Positions 17,515 to 25,177 are shown, counted from the first letter of the stretch. The stretch: 32,000 nt of DNA from Breznakia sp. PF5-3 (GCF_029504745.1 NZ_JAQFIQ010000006.1:1-32000), one strand, 5' to 3'. The notes: a model not told the origin generated them from the sequence alone. Translations and numbers: made by a program.

Positions 17515-17598
17515 TCTTAACAGTTCATCAAAATCAGTTTCTTTACATTCCCTTAACGTCGCCTACCTCCTATGCTATTTTATTAACAAAGTCTATTT

Positions 17599-18087
17599 TT
17601 ATAGTTTTATCATTTCTTTATATTCATCCAACGTTTTTAGATCATAAAATTTTGAATAACTCTCGAACCAGTTATGAGTGATAACCATTGATATCAACTT
17701 TCCTTGTACGATTACACATAAAGTCAATTCATAAGGTCTGTCGAAATTACTTTTCTTGCAATTATCAACTTGACTTAACATTTGGTTTGAAATATTTGAT
17801 TTTTCATTGTAATCAGGATTCTTCGTAGTCATTTCAACAACATCATTTACATCAAACACATATTTATCCACTTTATCATCATAATACTTATACCAGTAAA
17901 AAATATGCCTTTCTCTTTCAACACAAGCACATTCTACAAACTTCTTAATATCTGGTACTTGAATGACAGCTTCTGATTCCTTTATAAATTCAGTTTCAAC
18001 ATACCTGATTTTATTATACTCAAACAATTTTATTAAATCTTCTTTGCTTATTATGACATCTTCTGTAAAATCTTTCTTAATTTCCAT
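17599..18087 (-). CDS. hypothetical protein, paralog B of the duplicated ~160-aa family
   Basis: The first ATG (18102) lies inside the SD ATGGAGGA. Start placed at MEIKKDF (18087). Confidence 0.8.
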   Translation of the reverse strand: MEIKKDFTEDVIISKEDLIKLFEYNKIRYVETEFIKESEAVIQVPDIKKFVECACVERERHIFYWYKYYDDKVDKYVFDVNDVVEMTTKNPDYNEKSNISNQMLSQVDNCKKSNFDRPYELTLCVIVQGKLISMVITHNWFESYSKFYDLKTLDEYKEMIKL

Positions 18088-18149
18088 TTTTAAGTCCTCC
18101 ATTTATATTTAATTATACTATATATTCTAGGTTTTGATTACTATTTATG

Positions 18150-18385
18150 TAGTATATCAGGGTTACTATACACCTAGAGCATTTCAAAACAAGGATACCT
18201 CCTATACATTATTTATATCACTATTAATAAAATCTCTCACAGAATATCAAAACTACGTTAAACAAACAAATAGGTTTAGTATAACTTGGTGGTCAGGTCA
18301 TTCTAAAGAAATGGTGCAAAAAAGATACAGTCATTTGTTTCCAGAAAAGAAAAGGAAAATAAGGAACGTTTTGGATAAATTTTAG
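18150..18385 (+). pseudogene. C-terminal remnant of a tyrosine recombinase (phage-type integrase)
   Basis: One frame ends ...SGHSKEMVQKRYSHLFPEKKRKI, matching the GHS...YSH catalytic-Tyr region. A different frame at 18162-18191 reads VTIHLEHFKT, a degenerate HxLRH box. At least one frameshift is needed and the N-terminal ~300 aa are absent. Confidence 0.6.
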
Positions 18386-18427
18386 AAAAAGTACATCAAA
18401 AATACATCAAATTGATAATCAGCAAAG

Positions 18428-18451
18428 AAAAAAGCCCAATTTCAAGGGCTT
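18428..18451 (-). terminator. intrinsic terminator after tRNA-Arg
   Basis: Minus strand AAGCCC-(8 nt)-GGGCTT followed by a T-run. Confidence 0.6.
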
Positions 18452-18461
18452 ATTTTATAAA

Positions 18462-18538
18462 TGGCGTCCACAGAAGGATTCGAACCTTCGACCGCACGCT
18501 TAGAAGGCGTGTGCTCTATCCAGCTGAGCTATGTAGAC
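18462..18538 (-). tRNA. tRNA-Arg (anticodon UCU), CCA encoded
   Basis: 77-nt cloverleaf read by hand: acceptor GTCTACA/TGTGGAC, D arm GCTC/GAGC, anticodon stem CACGC/GCGTG with loop CTTCTAA, T arm GAAGG-TTCGAAT-CCTTC, discriminator G plus CCA. Confidence 0.95.
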
Positions 18539-18550
18539 AACTGCTCAATA

Positions 18551-18579
18551 ATAATACCAAAAATACATTGAAAAGGCAA
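18551..18579 (-). promoter_or_regulatory. promoter of tRNA-Arg
   Basis: Minus strand TTGCCT-17 nt-TATTAT, ending 12 nt before the mature tRNA 5' end. Confidence 0.55.
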
Positions 18580-18609
18580 GGTATAATTATTGATATAATT
18601 AAAAAAAGA

Positions 18610-19074
18610 CTAATCTAAAAATTCAAAATTCACTTCTATATTCCCACTTTGATCATCGATATTCATAATCGCATAAGAAGGCGCTCGTCCATCACGTGAA
18701 TGATATACTGATCCAGGGTTAAGAATATGCACACCATTCTTTATTTCATAATAAGCAACATGTGTATGTCCATAACAAACAATATCGCACCCTTCATTCT
18801 TTGCCTTACGTATCATCTTCTCTTCTCGTTTAAAATAACTAATCATATGAGAGTGAAACATAATTAAGCGATGTTTCCCTAAGTTTAATATCATTTCCAT
18901 TGGATAATCATAATAATCATTGTTTCCACAAACAGTAATGTATCGTGGATATTCTTCTGGTGGTAAACAAATATCTCCACAATGCAGAAAATAGTCTGCA
19001 TCTGCATGTTTATCCAAAATCATTTTCAATGGTTTCACCATTGAATGCGAATCACTAACTACTACTATCTTCAT
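18610..19074 (-). CDS. YfcE/MJ0936-family metallophosphoesterase
   Basis: Motifs VSDSHS, HCGD, GNND, FHSH, GHTH in canonical order. 154 aa. Confidence 0.88.
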   Translation of the reverse strand: MKIVVVSDSHSMVKPLKMILDKHADADYFLHCGDICLPPEEYPRYITVCGNNDYYDYPMEMILNLGKHRLIMFHSHMISYFKREEKMIRKAKNEGCDIVCYGHTHVAYYEIKNGVHILNPGSVYHSRDGRAPSYAIMNIDDQSGNIEVNFEFLD

Positions 19075-19076
19075 AT

Positions 19077-20042
19077 CTAATTACCTATACTTTCTAATAC
19101 TTTAAAATTCTCATACATGATTGTTAAATAATCTTGATTATTATTTGCTTCTTTTTCACTCAACGAAGACAAATTACTCAACTCAATAGGAATAAGTCCC
19201 AACTCTGCAACCAATTCATTATATAATTCTTCTATTTTAGGCGTCAAGTTTTGTTCATGAGCAATGTATAAAACTCCATCATCACGGATCTTTTGCTTTA
19301 TAATTTCCAATTGTCTTTCATTTGGCAAAGCCCCATACTTTGACAAGATAACAGGATAAACTCTTATTCCAAAAGCATTCTGCCAATTCCCAAAACTAGG
19401 TGTCATAGATACAAAAGCAATATCCATATTACTATCTTTTAACACTTGATATTGTGCATCTAGATTAGTTAAATCTATTTCTAATTCTTCATAATTTTCA
19501 ATAAATTTAGCTTCGTGTTCTGGATATTCTGAAATTAAATAATCTCGAACAACTTCTGCAGTACTGAGCATCGTTAATGGATCCATCCACACAAAAGGAT
19601 CTTTCGTATAAGTATTTATATTATTAAACACATCACCATCATAATATGAAGTCATTTCTTGAGTCTCTGTACCATTGTTTGTAGAAATAATTACTCTTTG
19701 AAAATCATAATAATACCCATAATTCATCAAATCAACATAATTTGTTCCTACTTCGCGAATATCTTTGCTATATATTTCAAAGTATGGTTCCATACCTGAA
19801 ATATAAAATAAAGCATTACTATTTTCTAAATCTTCTTTATAACTCTTTTTTAATGAAGCAACTTGAATCGTAACATCTGAAGAAATATTACATGTTTCGA
19901 TATATGGTTCCCCAATACGTTGAAATAAATATTCGATTGGATACGAAGTTGTACAAATTTCTACTTTTTTATTATTACAACCACTTATCAAAAAAGTTGT
20001 ACATAACAACACCAATACCAATATTTTTTTCATTTGCTTCAC
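19077..20042 (-). CDS. ZnuA/TroA-fold (cluster A-I substrate-binding-protein-like) lipoprotein
   Basis: Lipobox FLISGC. Overall pattern matches metal SBPs (TTSYPIEYL..., DPFVWMDP..., HEQNL...). GTG start 6 nt after GGGAGG, which overlaps the mreD end. Confidence 0.7.
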   Translation of the reverse strand: MKQMKKILVLVLLCTTFLISGCNNKKVEICTTSYPIEYLFQRIGEPYIETCNISSDVTIQVASLKKSYKEDLENSNALFYISGMEPYFEIYSKDIREVGTNYVDLMNYGYYYDFQRVIISTNNGTETQEMTSYYDGDVFNNINTYTKDPFVWMDPLTMLSTAEVVRDYLISEYPEHEAKFIENYEELEIDLTNLDAQYQVLKDSNMDIAFVSMTPSFGNWQNAFGIRVYPVILSKYGALPNERQLEIIKQKIRDDGVLYIAHEQNLTPKIEELYNELVAELGLIPIELSNLSSLSEKEANNNQDYLTIMYENFKVLESIGN

Positions 20043-20594
20043 CTACTTCCTCCCTTTATATATATAAAGACGTTCTTCTTTTCGAATTCGCAATTCTTTC
20101 TTCTTAATATAATTATCTCTTATGTTTGTTAAAAAGAATAATACAAAAACAAACAAGGCATTTATGATGATGGTTAAGAACATCCTATCACTTATCCACA
20201 TATAAAATGAAATTTTTGTTTCATTGATTAACAACATATAACCATAAACAATCAACTGTGTAGCAAACAAAGCACTAATACATATAACAATACTTTCTAA
20301 TAAAGAATCTCCTAAATGCTTTGTCCATGCTTTGACAATAATACACAATATAACAAAAATGATTGAATATACCAAAAATGAATTTGTATAGAAAAAATCA
20401 TAAAACATTCCACTCAACAAAGATAAAATAATTGCATCTGTAAAATCCATTTTACGAACAGTTAACACCAATCCACAAATTCCAAAGCAAGACACAAAAT
20501 ACATATGATCCATACTAAAACTAATATTGAAACATGCCTCAATTGCTCCATCTATCAAAAAACACAGGAACACAAATAAATATTGTACAACCAT
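20043..20594 (-). CDS. mreD: rod shape-determining protein MreD
   Basis: 183-aa polytopic membrane protein starting 1 nt after mreC. Assignment rests on size, hydrophobicity and synteny. Confidence 0.7.
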   Translation of the reverse strand: MVVQYLFVFLCFLIDGAIEACFNISFSMDHMYFVSCFGICGLVLTVRKMDFTDAIILSLLSGMFYDFFYTNSFLVYSIIFVILCIIVKAWTKHLGDSLLESIVICISALFATQLIVYGYMLLINETKISFYMWISDRMFLTIIINALFVFVLFFLTNIRDNYIKKKELRIRKEERLYIYKGRK

Positions 20595-20595
20595 A

Positions 20596-21450
20596 TTATT
20601 TCACCTTCAGAACACTAACATATTCAAAATCATTGAAATCTACCGATGGAGTTACCAAAACAGATTTCCCTTCTGCATTGTATAAATCCTCAACCTTATC
20701 AACTTCACCAATAATAATTCCAGCTGGAAATAATTTACCTTTTCCTGATGTTATAATCTTCATACCTTTTTTTATTTCTACATTTGAATCAAAGATACTA
20801 ACCACATATTTCCCCGTACTTTTATCATAGCTTTCTAAAGAACCATCAGTTGCTTTATCTTTACTTAACTCAACCTTTACAGAAACACTATTATCCATCT
20901 TTTCATTAGTTAATAACTTTACTTTAGCACTTGTCGGATTTGCTTCTACTACTTTTCCAATTAACCCTTTACTACTAATGACAGCCATATCTTCTGTGAT
21001 TCCATCATTGCTTCCTTTGTTAATTGTTAGCATGTTTGACCAACCTTGGATATCGCGTACTAACACTCTTGCTGAGATGCTCTCATAATTATTACTTGAA
21101 CTAATATCCATCAACTCTTCCAATTCATTCAATTTACGTTTACTTTCATCCAACTCTTCTTTATACATCTTTTGAGAAGCTAACTTGTTTCTCAATTCAT
21201 CATTTTCATTTTGCACATTCCACAAATTACTAAAATCATCAGAAAATCCTGCAACTGTTTCCACAGGATGATCAATTAATGAATATCTCAGCATTGTAAA
21301 AACATCATATCCATATTTTGAAGCAATATTTCCTCCTATAATTCTAGTGAAAATACCAAATGTTAATAAACATGCACATATTGTTATCAATACCTTTTGG
21401 ACTCTAGTAAAACGAAATTTATCTCTATATACCTTTGAAAAACGCTCCAT
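20596..21450 (-). CDS. mreC: rod shape-determining protein MreC
   Basis: N-terminal TM, coiled coil (ENDELRNKLASQKMYKEELDESKRKLNELEE), then beta-barrel region VISSKGLIGKVVEANPTSAKVKLLT. Confidence 0.9.
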   Translation of the reverse strand: MERFSKVYRDKFRFTRVQKVLITICACLLTFGIFTRIIGGNIASKYGYDVFTMLRYSLIDHPVETVAGFSDDFSNLWNVQNENDELRNKLASQKMYKEELDESKRKLNELEELMDISSSNNYESISARVLVRDIQGWSNMLTINKGSNDGITEDMAVISSKGLIGKVVEANPTSAKVKLLTNEKMDNSVSVKVELSKDKATDGSLESYDKSTGKYVVSIFDSNVEIKKGMKIITSGKGKLFPAGIIIGEVDKVEDLYNAEGKSVLVTPSVDFNDFEYVSVLKVK

Positions 21451-21530
21451 ACATCACCAACTCATCTTCGCCTTTCTATGTTCTCTATTATAAACTATTC
21501 TCCACAATTAATAAAGAAGGGTTTCCCCTT

Positions 21531-22139
21531 CTAATCAATTAAATTCTTTTCTTTAAAACTAAAATAATTATTATGAGAAACAACAATATGATCTATAACA
21601 CTAATCCCAATAATATCACCAGCTGTAACTAACGATTTCGTAAACACTATGTCTTGTTCACTTGGATTACAATTGCTACTAGGATGATTATGGGAAACAA
21701 TTATGCTAGCTGCATTCTTCTGTATTGCTTCTTTAAAAATTTCTCGTGGATGTACAACACTGACATTTAAAGTTCCAATGAATAAAGTTTTCTCACAAAT
21801 AATTTGATTCTTTGTATTTAAAAATAAAACATGAAAATTTTCTTGTTTTTTAAAACCTATTTTTTGATTTAAATACTGTGACAAATTTTTAGGAGAATTT
21901 ATTTGTATTCGATCTGTAAGGTTTTCAAAAGAAACTCTCTTACTAATTTCAAAAGCTGAAAGTATCTCCAACGCTTTAGAAGATGAAATCCCTTTAATTT
22001 TAATTAACTCTTCATAATTCATACTATATAGATTCAACAACCCTCCAGCTTCATTTAATACCATTTCAGCCATCTGTAATACTGATGTTCCTTTATAGCC
22101 ACAACGTAAAATAATTGCTAACAATTCACGATTGGACAA
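21531..22139 (-). CDS. radC: RadC-like JAB-domain protein (conserved N-terminus continues in frame to about 22208)
   Basis: JAB/MPN motif SHNHPSS with the upstream Glu. The tracked start is a TTG. The in-frame upstream sequence encodes LIKEISSKERPREKAVINGIESL, the canonical RadC N-terminus. Confidence 0.88.
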   Translation of the reverse strand: MSNRELLAIILRCGYKGTSVLQMAEMVLNEAGGLLNLYSMNYEELIKIKGISSSKALEILSAFEISKRVSFENLTDRIQINSPKNLSQYLNQKIGFKKQENFHVLFLNTKNQIICEKTLFIGTLNVSVVHPREIFKEAIQKNAASIIVSHNHPSSNCNPSEQDIVFTKSLVTAGDIIGISVIDHIVVSHNNYFSFKEKNLID

Positions 22140-22336
22140 ACTTTCAATCCCATTTATAACTGCTTTCTCACGTGGACGTTCTTTTGAACTAATCTCTTTT
22201 ATTAAAATAAAACCACCATCACTTCCTATATTATTTTACCCTATAAAGACCTTGTTTCCTATTCTCTCTTTATTACTTTCGCTTCTTTATGTTATACTCA
22301 CAAGTGAATAGACAAAAATAATTGGAGGAAACATAA

Positions 22337-23164
22337 ATGGAACTAAGCAAAGAACTCTTGCAAAAGCAAATTGAGATTTTACTTCATGCGATTGAAAATG
22401 GAAAAATTGATAATCGCAAGTATTATCCAACATTATATTTAGATGATTTAATTAACATGGCTGAAAATAGTGAAGAATCTGGTTACAATGTAGAGCGAAT
22501 GGTTGCAGCTTCGGCAATTAAATATCCTGATCTTCACAACCTCATTCGCAACCTAGTACAGCAAATCACTATTTTTAATTTAAAAGCTTGGGATAATTAT
22601 GATGATTTCTGGCTATTACATGCTAATGATATGGACTATGCAGGTGCTGCATATGCTAAAGAACTAGCCATTGCAAATCAAAACGATATTCAAACCTATA
22701 TTGACTTTTACCTTACAAATGATGTTAATCACGAAGTATATCAAGGAAAGGATATTGAAGCAATATTAGAAAAATGGGGTGTTAGCGAAATTACCTACCC
22801 TCTCATTGTTGCTCGTTGGTTTGAACCTGGACAGCATGGTGATGAACAACTAGAAGAATATTTTGATAGCATGATAGAAAAGTTTACTGATTCTTCACAA
22901 TGTGATTTGTTTATAAAAGCATGTGCTAATTGGTTTTTAAATCGCATTCAAAAAGATAGCCATGAAATAGACTTTGATGATAAAGAAATGTTAAACCGTC
23001 TGTTTTCAAGTCTCTTTGATGAAGTTGAGAACTATGAAGACTACATGGCTGATCATGAAGATGATGAAGATTTTGATGAAGAAAACATATATGGCTCTGT
23101 TATCAATAAATTCTGTGATTATGTTAAAGAAGGAAAACTACCTACCTATTCTGATTTACTATAA
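22337..23164 (+). CDS. hypothetical acidic helical protein
   Basis: 275-aa ORF with GGAGG SD 8 nt upstream, an extended -10 (TGTTATACT) about 50 nt upstream, and its own terminator. The C-terminus is very acidic (DHEDDEDFDEE). No family recognised. Confidence 0.8.
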   Translation: MELSKELLQKQIEILLHAIENGKIDNRKYYPTLYLDDLINMAENSEESGYNVERMVAASAIKYPDLHNLIRNLVQQITIFNLKAWDNYDDFWLLHANDMDYAGAAYAKELAIANQNDIQTYIDFYLTNDVNHEVYQGKDIEAILEKWGVSEITYPLIVARWFEPGQHGDEQLEEYFDSMIEKFTDSSQCDLFIKACANWFLNRIQKDSHEIDFDDKEMLNRLFSSLFDEVENYEDYMADHEDDEDFDEENIYGSVINKFCDYVKEGKLPTYSDLL

Positions 23165-23174
23165 TACTAATTAG

Positions 23175-23212
23175 AAAGGATGTGATTTTAATTACTATCA
23201 TATCCTTTTTCT
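23175..23212. terminator. bidirectional terminator between convergent genes
   Basis: 12-bp stem AAAGGATGTGAT/ATCATATCCTTT (one G-U pair), 10-nt loop, T-run on the plus side. Confidence 0.7.
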
Positions 23213-23214
23213 TA

Positions 23215-23793
23215 TCAAAACAATGTTCCCTGTTCGGGCTTTTGTGGATTCTCTAAATTCCATATCAAATTATTAGTCAATTTGGGAGAACACCATCTAT
23301 CTTCTTGATTACCACGTAAATATTCATGAACTTCTTCATCTTCTAAAATAAACGGTAATCTTGAATGAACTCTAGCAAACTCTTTTGTTGCATCTTGTGT
23401 AATCACCACAAAACAATTTTCATCCCCCACTTTCATATATAGTCCTGCCATATTTAACAACTTAGAATCTTTCCTTTTCACCATATACTTATTCTTATGC
23501 TTGTCCCATTCATAAAAAGCCGGAACTTTCACTATACACCTTCTATTTATAAAACTATCTCTAAAAAACTCCTTTATATTTACTGTTTCCTGCCTTGCAT
23601 TAATAATAGATTTCCCTTTTGACCACTCTGCCTTTATACCCCACAGCATCTTTACAACACCTGCCTTAGTAATGATCGGATAGTACATACCTGGAGTAAT
23701 CTCTCTCGATTCATCTATATCATATAGTTCTTTGCTGACACTAAATAGAGATTGCATATCTTCCTTTGTAAGTGATGCAAAACGACCGCACAT
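23215..23793 (-). CDS. yedK: SOS-response-associated peptidase (SRAP/YedK, abasic-site processing protein)
   Basis: N-terminal MCGRF (Cys2 nucleophile), INARQET, RRCIVKVPAFYEW, HSRLPFIL. GGAGGTG SD. Confidence 0.9.
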   Translation of the reverse strand: MCGRFASLTKEDMQSLFSVSKELYDIDESREITPGMYYPIITKAGVVKMLWGIKAEWSKGKSIINARQETVNIKEFFRDSFINRRCIVKVPAFYEWDKHKNKYMVKRKDSKLLNMAGLYMKVGDENCFVVITQDATKEFARVHSRLPFILEDEEVHEYLRGNQEDRWCSPKLTNNLIWNLENPQKPEQGTLF

Positions 23794-23953
23794 TATTTAC
23801 ACCTCCATTCATAAGTTAAAATCAAAATAAATAAATATACATTTTCATACTCTTTACTTCCTAAAACCTGTATTGGTATCATAGCATATTCGAAATCGAT
23901 TAACATCTATTATTCTTTTTCAGTATTTAATTAATTTTGTAACCTCTTTTTTA

Positions 23954-23983
23954 TTGACTTATAAAGGAACACTTTGATATAAT
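23954..23983 (+). promoter_or_regulatory. promoter of tRNA-Lys
   Basis: TTGACT-18 nt-TATAAT with extended -10 TGA, ending 17 nt before the tRNA 5' end. Confidence 0.6.
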
Positions 23984-24000
23984 CACTATGTTGGAAATTT

Positions 24001-24076
24001 GACTTGTTAGCTCAGTTGGCAGAGCAACTGACTCTTAATCAGTGGGTCCAGGGTTCGAATCCCTGACAGGTCACCA
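24001..24076 (+). tRNA. tRNA-Lys (anticodon CUU), CCA encoded
   Basis: 76-nt cloverleaf: acceptor GACTTGT/ACAGGTC, D arm GCTC/GAGC, anticodon stem ACTGA/TCAGT with loop CTCTTAA, T arm CAGGG-TTCGAAT-CCCTG, discriminator A plus CCA. Confidence 0.95.
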
Positions 24077-24085
24077 TATAAGAAT

Positions 24086-24128
24086 AACCGTTAATACTTT
24101 AAATCAAAAAGGGTTAACGGTTTTTTTA
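24086..24128 (+). terminator. terminator after tRNA-Lys
   Basis: Perfect 9-bp stem AACCGTTAA/TTAACGGTT (19-nt loop) followed by T7. Confidence 0.6.
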
Positions 24129-24225
24129 TTAAATTAATATAAGATCCACCATCTATTATTTCAGCTATATATATTATAATTGGGACCTATTGAAAAAGAT
24201 TATTAAAGGCAATTAAATAAAAAAA

Positions 24226-24254
24226 TTGAGTATGTCATGATTTCCCTATATAAT
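24226..24254 (+). promoter_or_regulatory. candidate promoter of the 24395 lipoprotein gene
   Basis: TTGAGT-17 nt-TATAAT, about 140 nt upstream of the GTG start. Confidence 0.5.
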
Positions 24255-24394
24255 ATTAGAGTGTTAATAGTATGAAAATTATTTAAAGAGAAATCCAGAT
24301 TGTATACAAATTCTAATAAGCATCCAAAAGATATTGGTAGCACAATCAAATCTTCATGCTCTTAATAAATAGGAATTTGCGGAGGTATTAGAAA

Positions 24395-24772
24395 GTGAAA
24401 AAAATATTTAGTTTAGTATTAATATTAGGATTGTTGTTTTTAGGGGGGTGTAGTTCTAAATCCGTTGAAGAGAAATTAATTGATTCTGGATATACTATTG
24501 ATAAAGCTAATATTGATAATATTATTATTTCAAACAAAGAAAATGATAGCTATTTTTGGGTATTTTCATATGAAGCATCAAAAGCAAAACACATCTCTTA
24601 TATTGGTGGCGAGTTAAATGATGGCTCCGCTGACCCTGATAAATCAGTACTTATTAAAGGCAAAAAAGAAAAAGAAAATACTGATTCAGCAATAAAAATA
24701 TATGAAAATGAGTTGAGAAGAATTGGAATAACTGAGAAAGAATTGATTGAATATTGTGAAAGCTTAAAATAA
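24395..24772 (+). CDS. small lipoprotein, unknown function
   Basis: GTG start 8 nt after GGAGGT. Signal peptide with lipobox FLGGC. 125 aa. Confidence 0.8.
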   Translation: MKKIFSLVLILGLLFLGGCSSKSVEEKLIDSGYTIDKANIDNIIISNKENDSYFWVFSYEASKAKHISYIGGELNDGSADPDKSVLIKGKKEKENTDSAIKIYENELRRIGITEKELIEYCESLK

Positions 24773-24840
24773 ATAATAAATAAATTGAAAACTTCATAAA
24801 GTGATTTTTTATCTTTTCCTTATTTATTTGATCAACATAA

Positions 24841-24869
24841 AAACCTGCGCATATAACGCAGGTTTTTGC
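24841..24869 (+). terminator. intrinsic terminator
   Basis: AAACCTGCG-CATATAA-CGCAGGTTT followed by TTGCTTTT. Could also act in the reverse direction. Confidence 0.75.
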
Positions 24870-24973
24870 TTTTCTATCAGGTGTAAAGTGAAGTAGGAAG
24901 ATAGGAAAGGGATATTTACACTTCACCTTACCATAATAGTATACCATATATGTCAAGCGATATAGCGCCATAT

Positions 24974-25003
24974 AAAAAAGCATATCACTACAATAGTGAT
25001 ATG
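24974..25003 (-). terminator. intrinsic terminator after the 55-aa membrane peptide gene
   Basis: Perfect 10-bp stem CATATCACTA/TAGTGATATG with a 3-nt loop, followed on the minus strand by CTTTTTT. It begins 7 nt after the stop. Confidence 0.7.
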
Positions 25004-25009
25004 CCTGAA

Positions 25010-25177
25010 TCATTCATTATTCTTTCTATTAATATACAAGCCTACAAATGCAATAATAATGGCAACGACAGCAATTGCCATTGCTAAAAATCCTGTAGCT
25101 GTATAGGGATTTCCTGTCAGAAGTAATACAAAAGCAAAAGCTATAAACAGATAATACACGATTGAACTGCTTATCAT
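25010..25177 (-). CDS. 55-aa two-TM membrane peptide (below the ORF-track length cutoff)
   Basis: Hand translation: MISSSIVYYLFIAFAFVLLLTGNPYTATGFLAMAIAVVAIIIAFVGLYINRKNNE. Preceded by AAGGAGGAGGAAGGAGGAG with 6-nt spacing and followed by its own terminator. Confidence 0.6.
   Translation of the reverse strand: MISSSIVYYLFIAFAFVLLLTGNPYTATGFLAMAIAVVAIIIAFVGLYINRKNNE

Noticed and set aside
17484-17681. 65-aa plus-strand ORF spanning the GNAT / paralog B junction
   Set aside because: It overlaps both minus-strand genes and their SD region and has no RBS.
18101-18140. dif-like sequence: minus strand AAAACCTAGAATATATAGTATAATTAAA shares 13 contiguous nt (CCTAGAATATATA) with B. subtilis dif as I recall it (ACTTCCTAGAATATATATTATGTAAACT)
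   Set aside because: The normally best-conserved XerD arm (TTATGTAAACT) matches at only about 4 of 11 positions. Gene orientation does not switch here as it would at a terminus. The segment doubles as the -10 region of paralog B. It is likely a low-complexity coincidence, though an Xer or recombinase core site could be checked with a dif model.
18412-18618. 68-aa plus-strand ORF
   Set aside because: It runs across the reverse complement of tRNA-Arg and its promoter, and the tRNA explains the sequence.
19892-20830. Plus-strand ORFs (71 and 98 aa) over the lipoprotein/mreD/mreC genes
   Set aside because: Antisense shadow ORFs without SD.
24870-24975. TTGACA hexamer on the minus strand (rc of 24952-24957) and GTGAAG/CTTCAC, TGTAAA/TTTACA complementarities
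   Set aside because: No -10 element lies at 16-18 nt spacing. The complementary blocks are in the wrong order for a simple hairpin.
24654-25013. 119-aa minus-strand ORF
   Set aside because: It overlaps the SD-supported lipoprotein gene and runs through two terminator hairpins. The translation is low-complexity Phe/Leu/Tyr-rich and no RBS is present.
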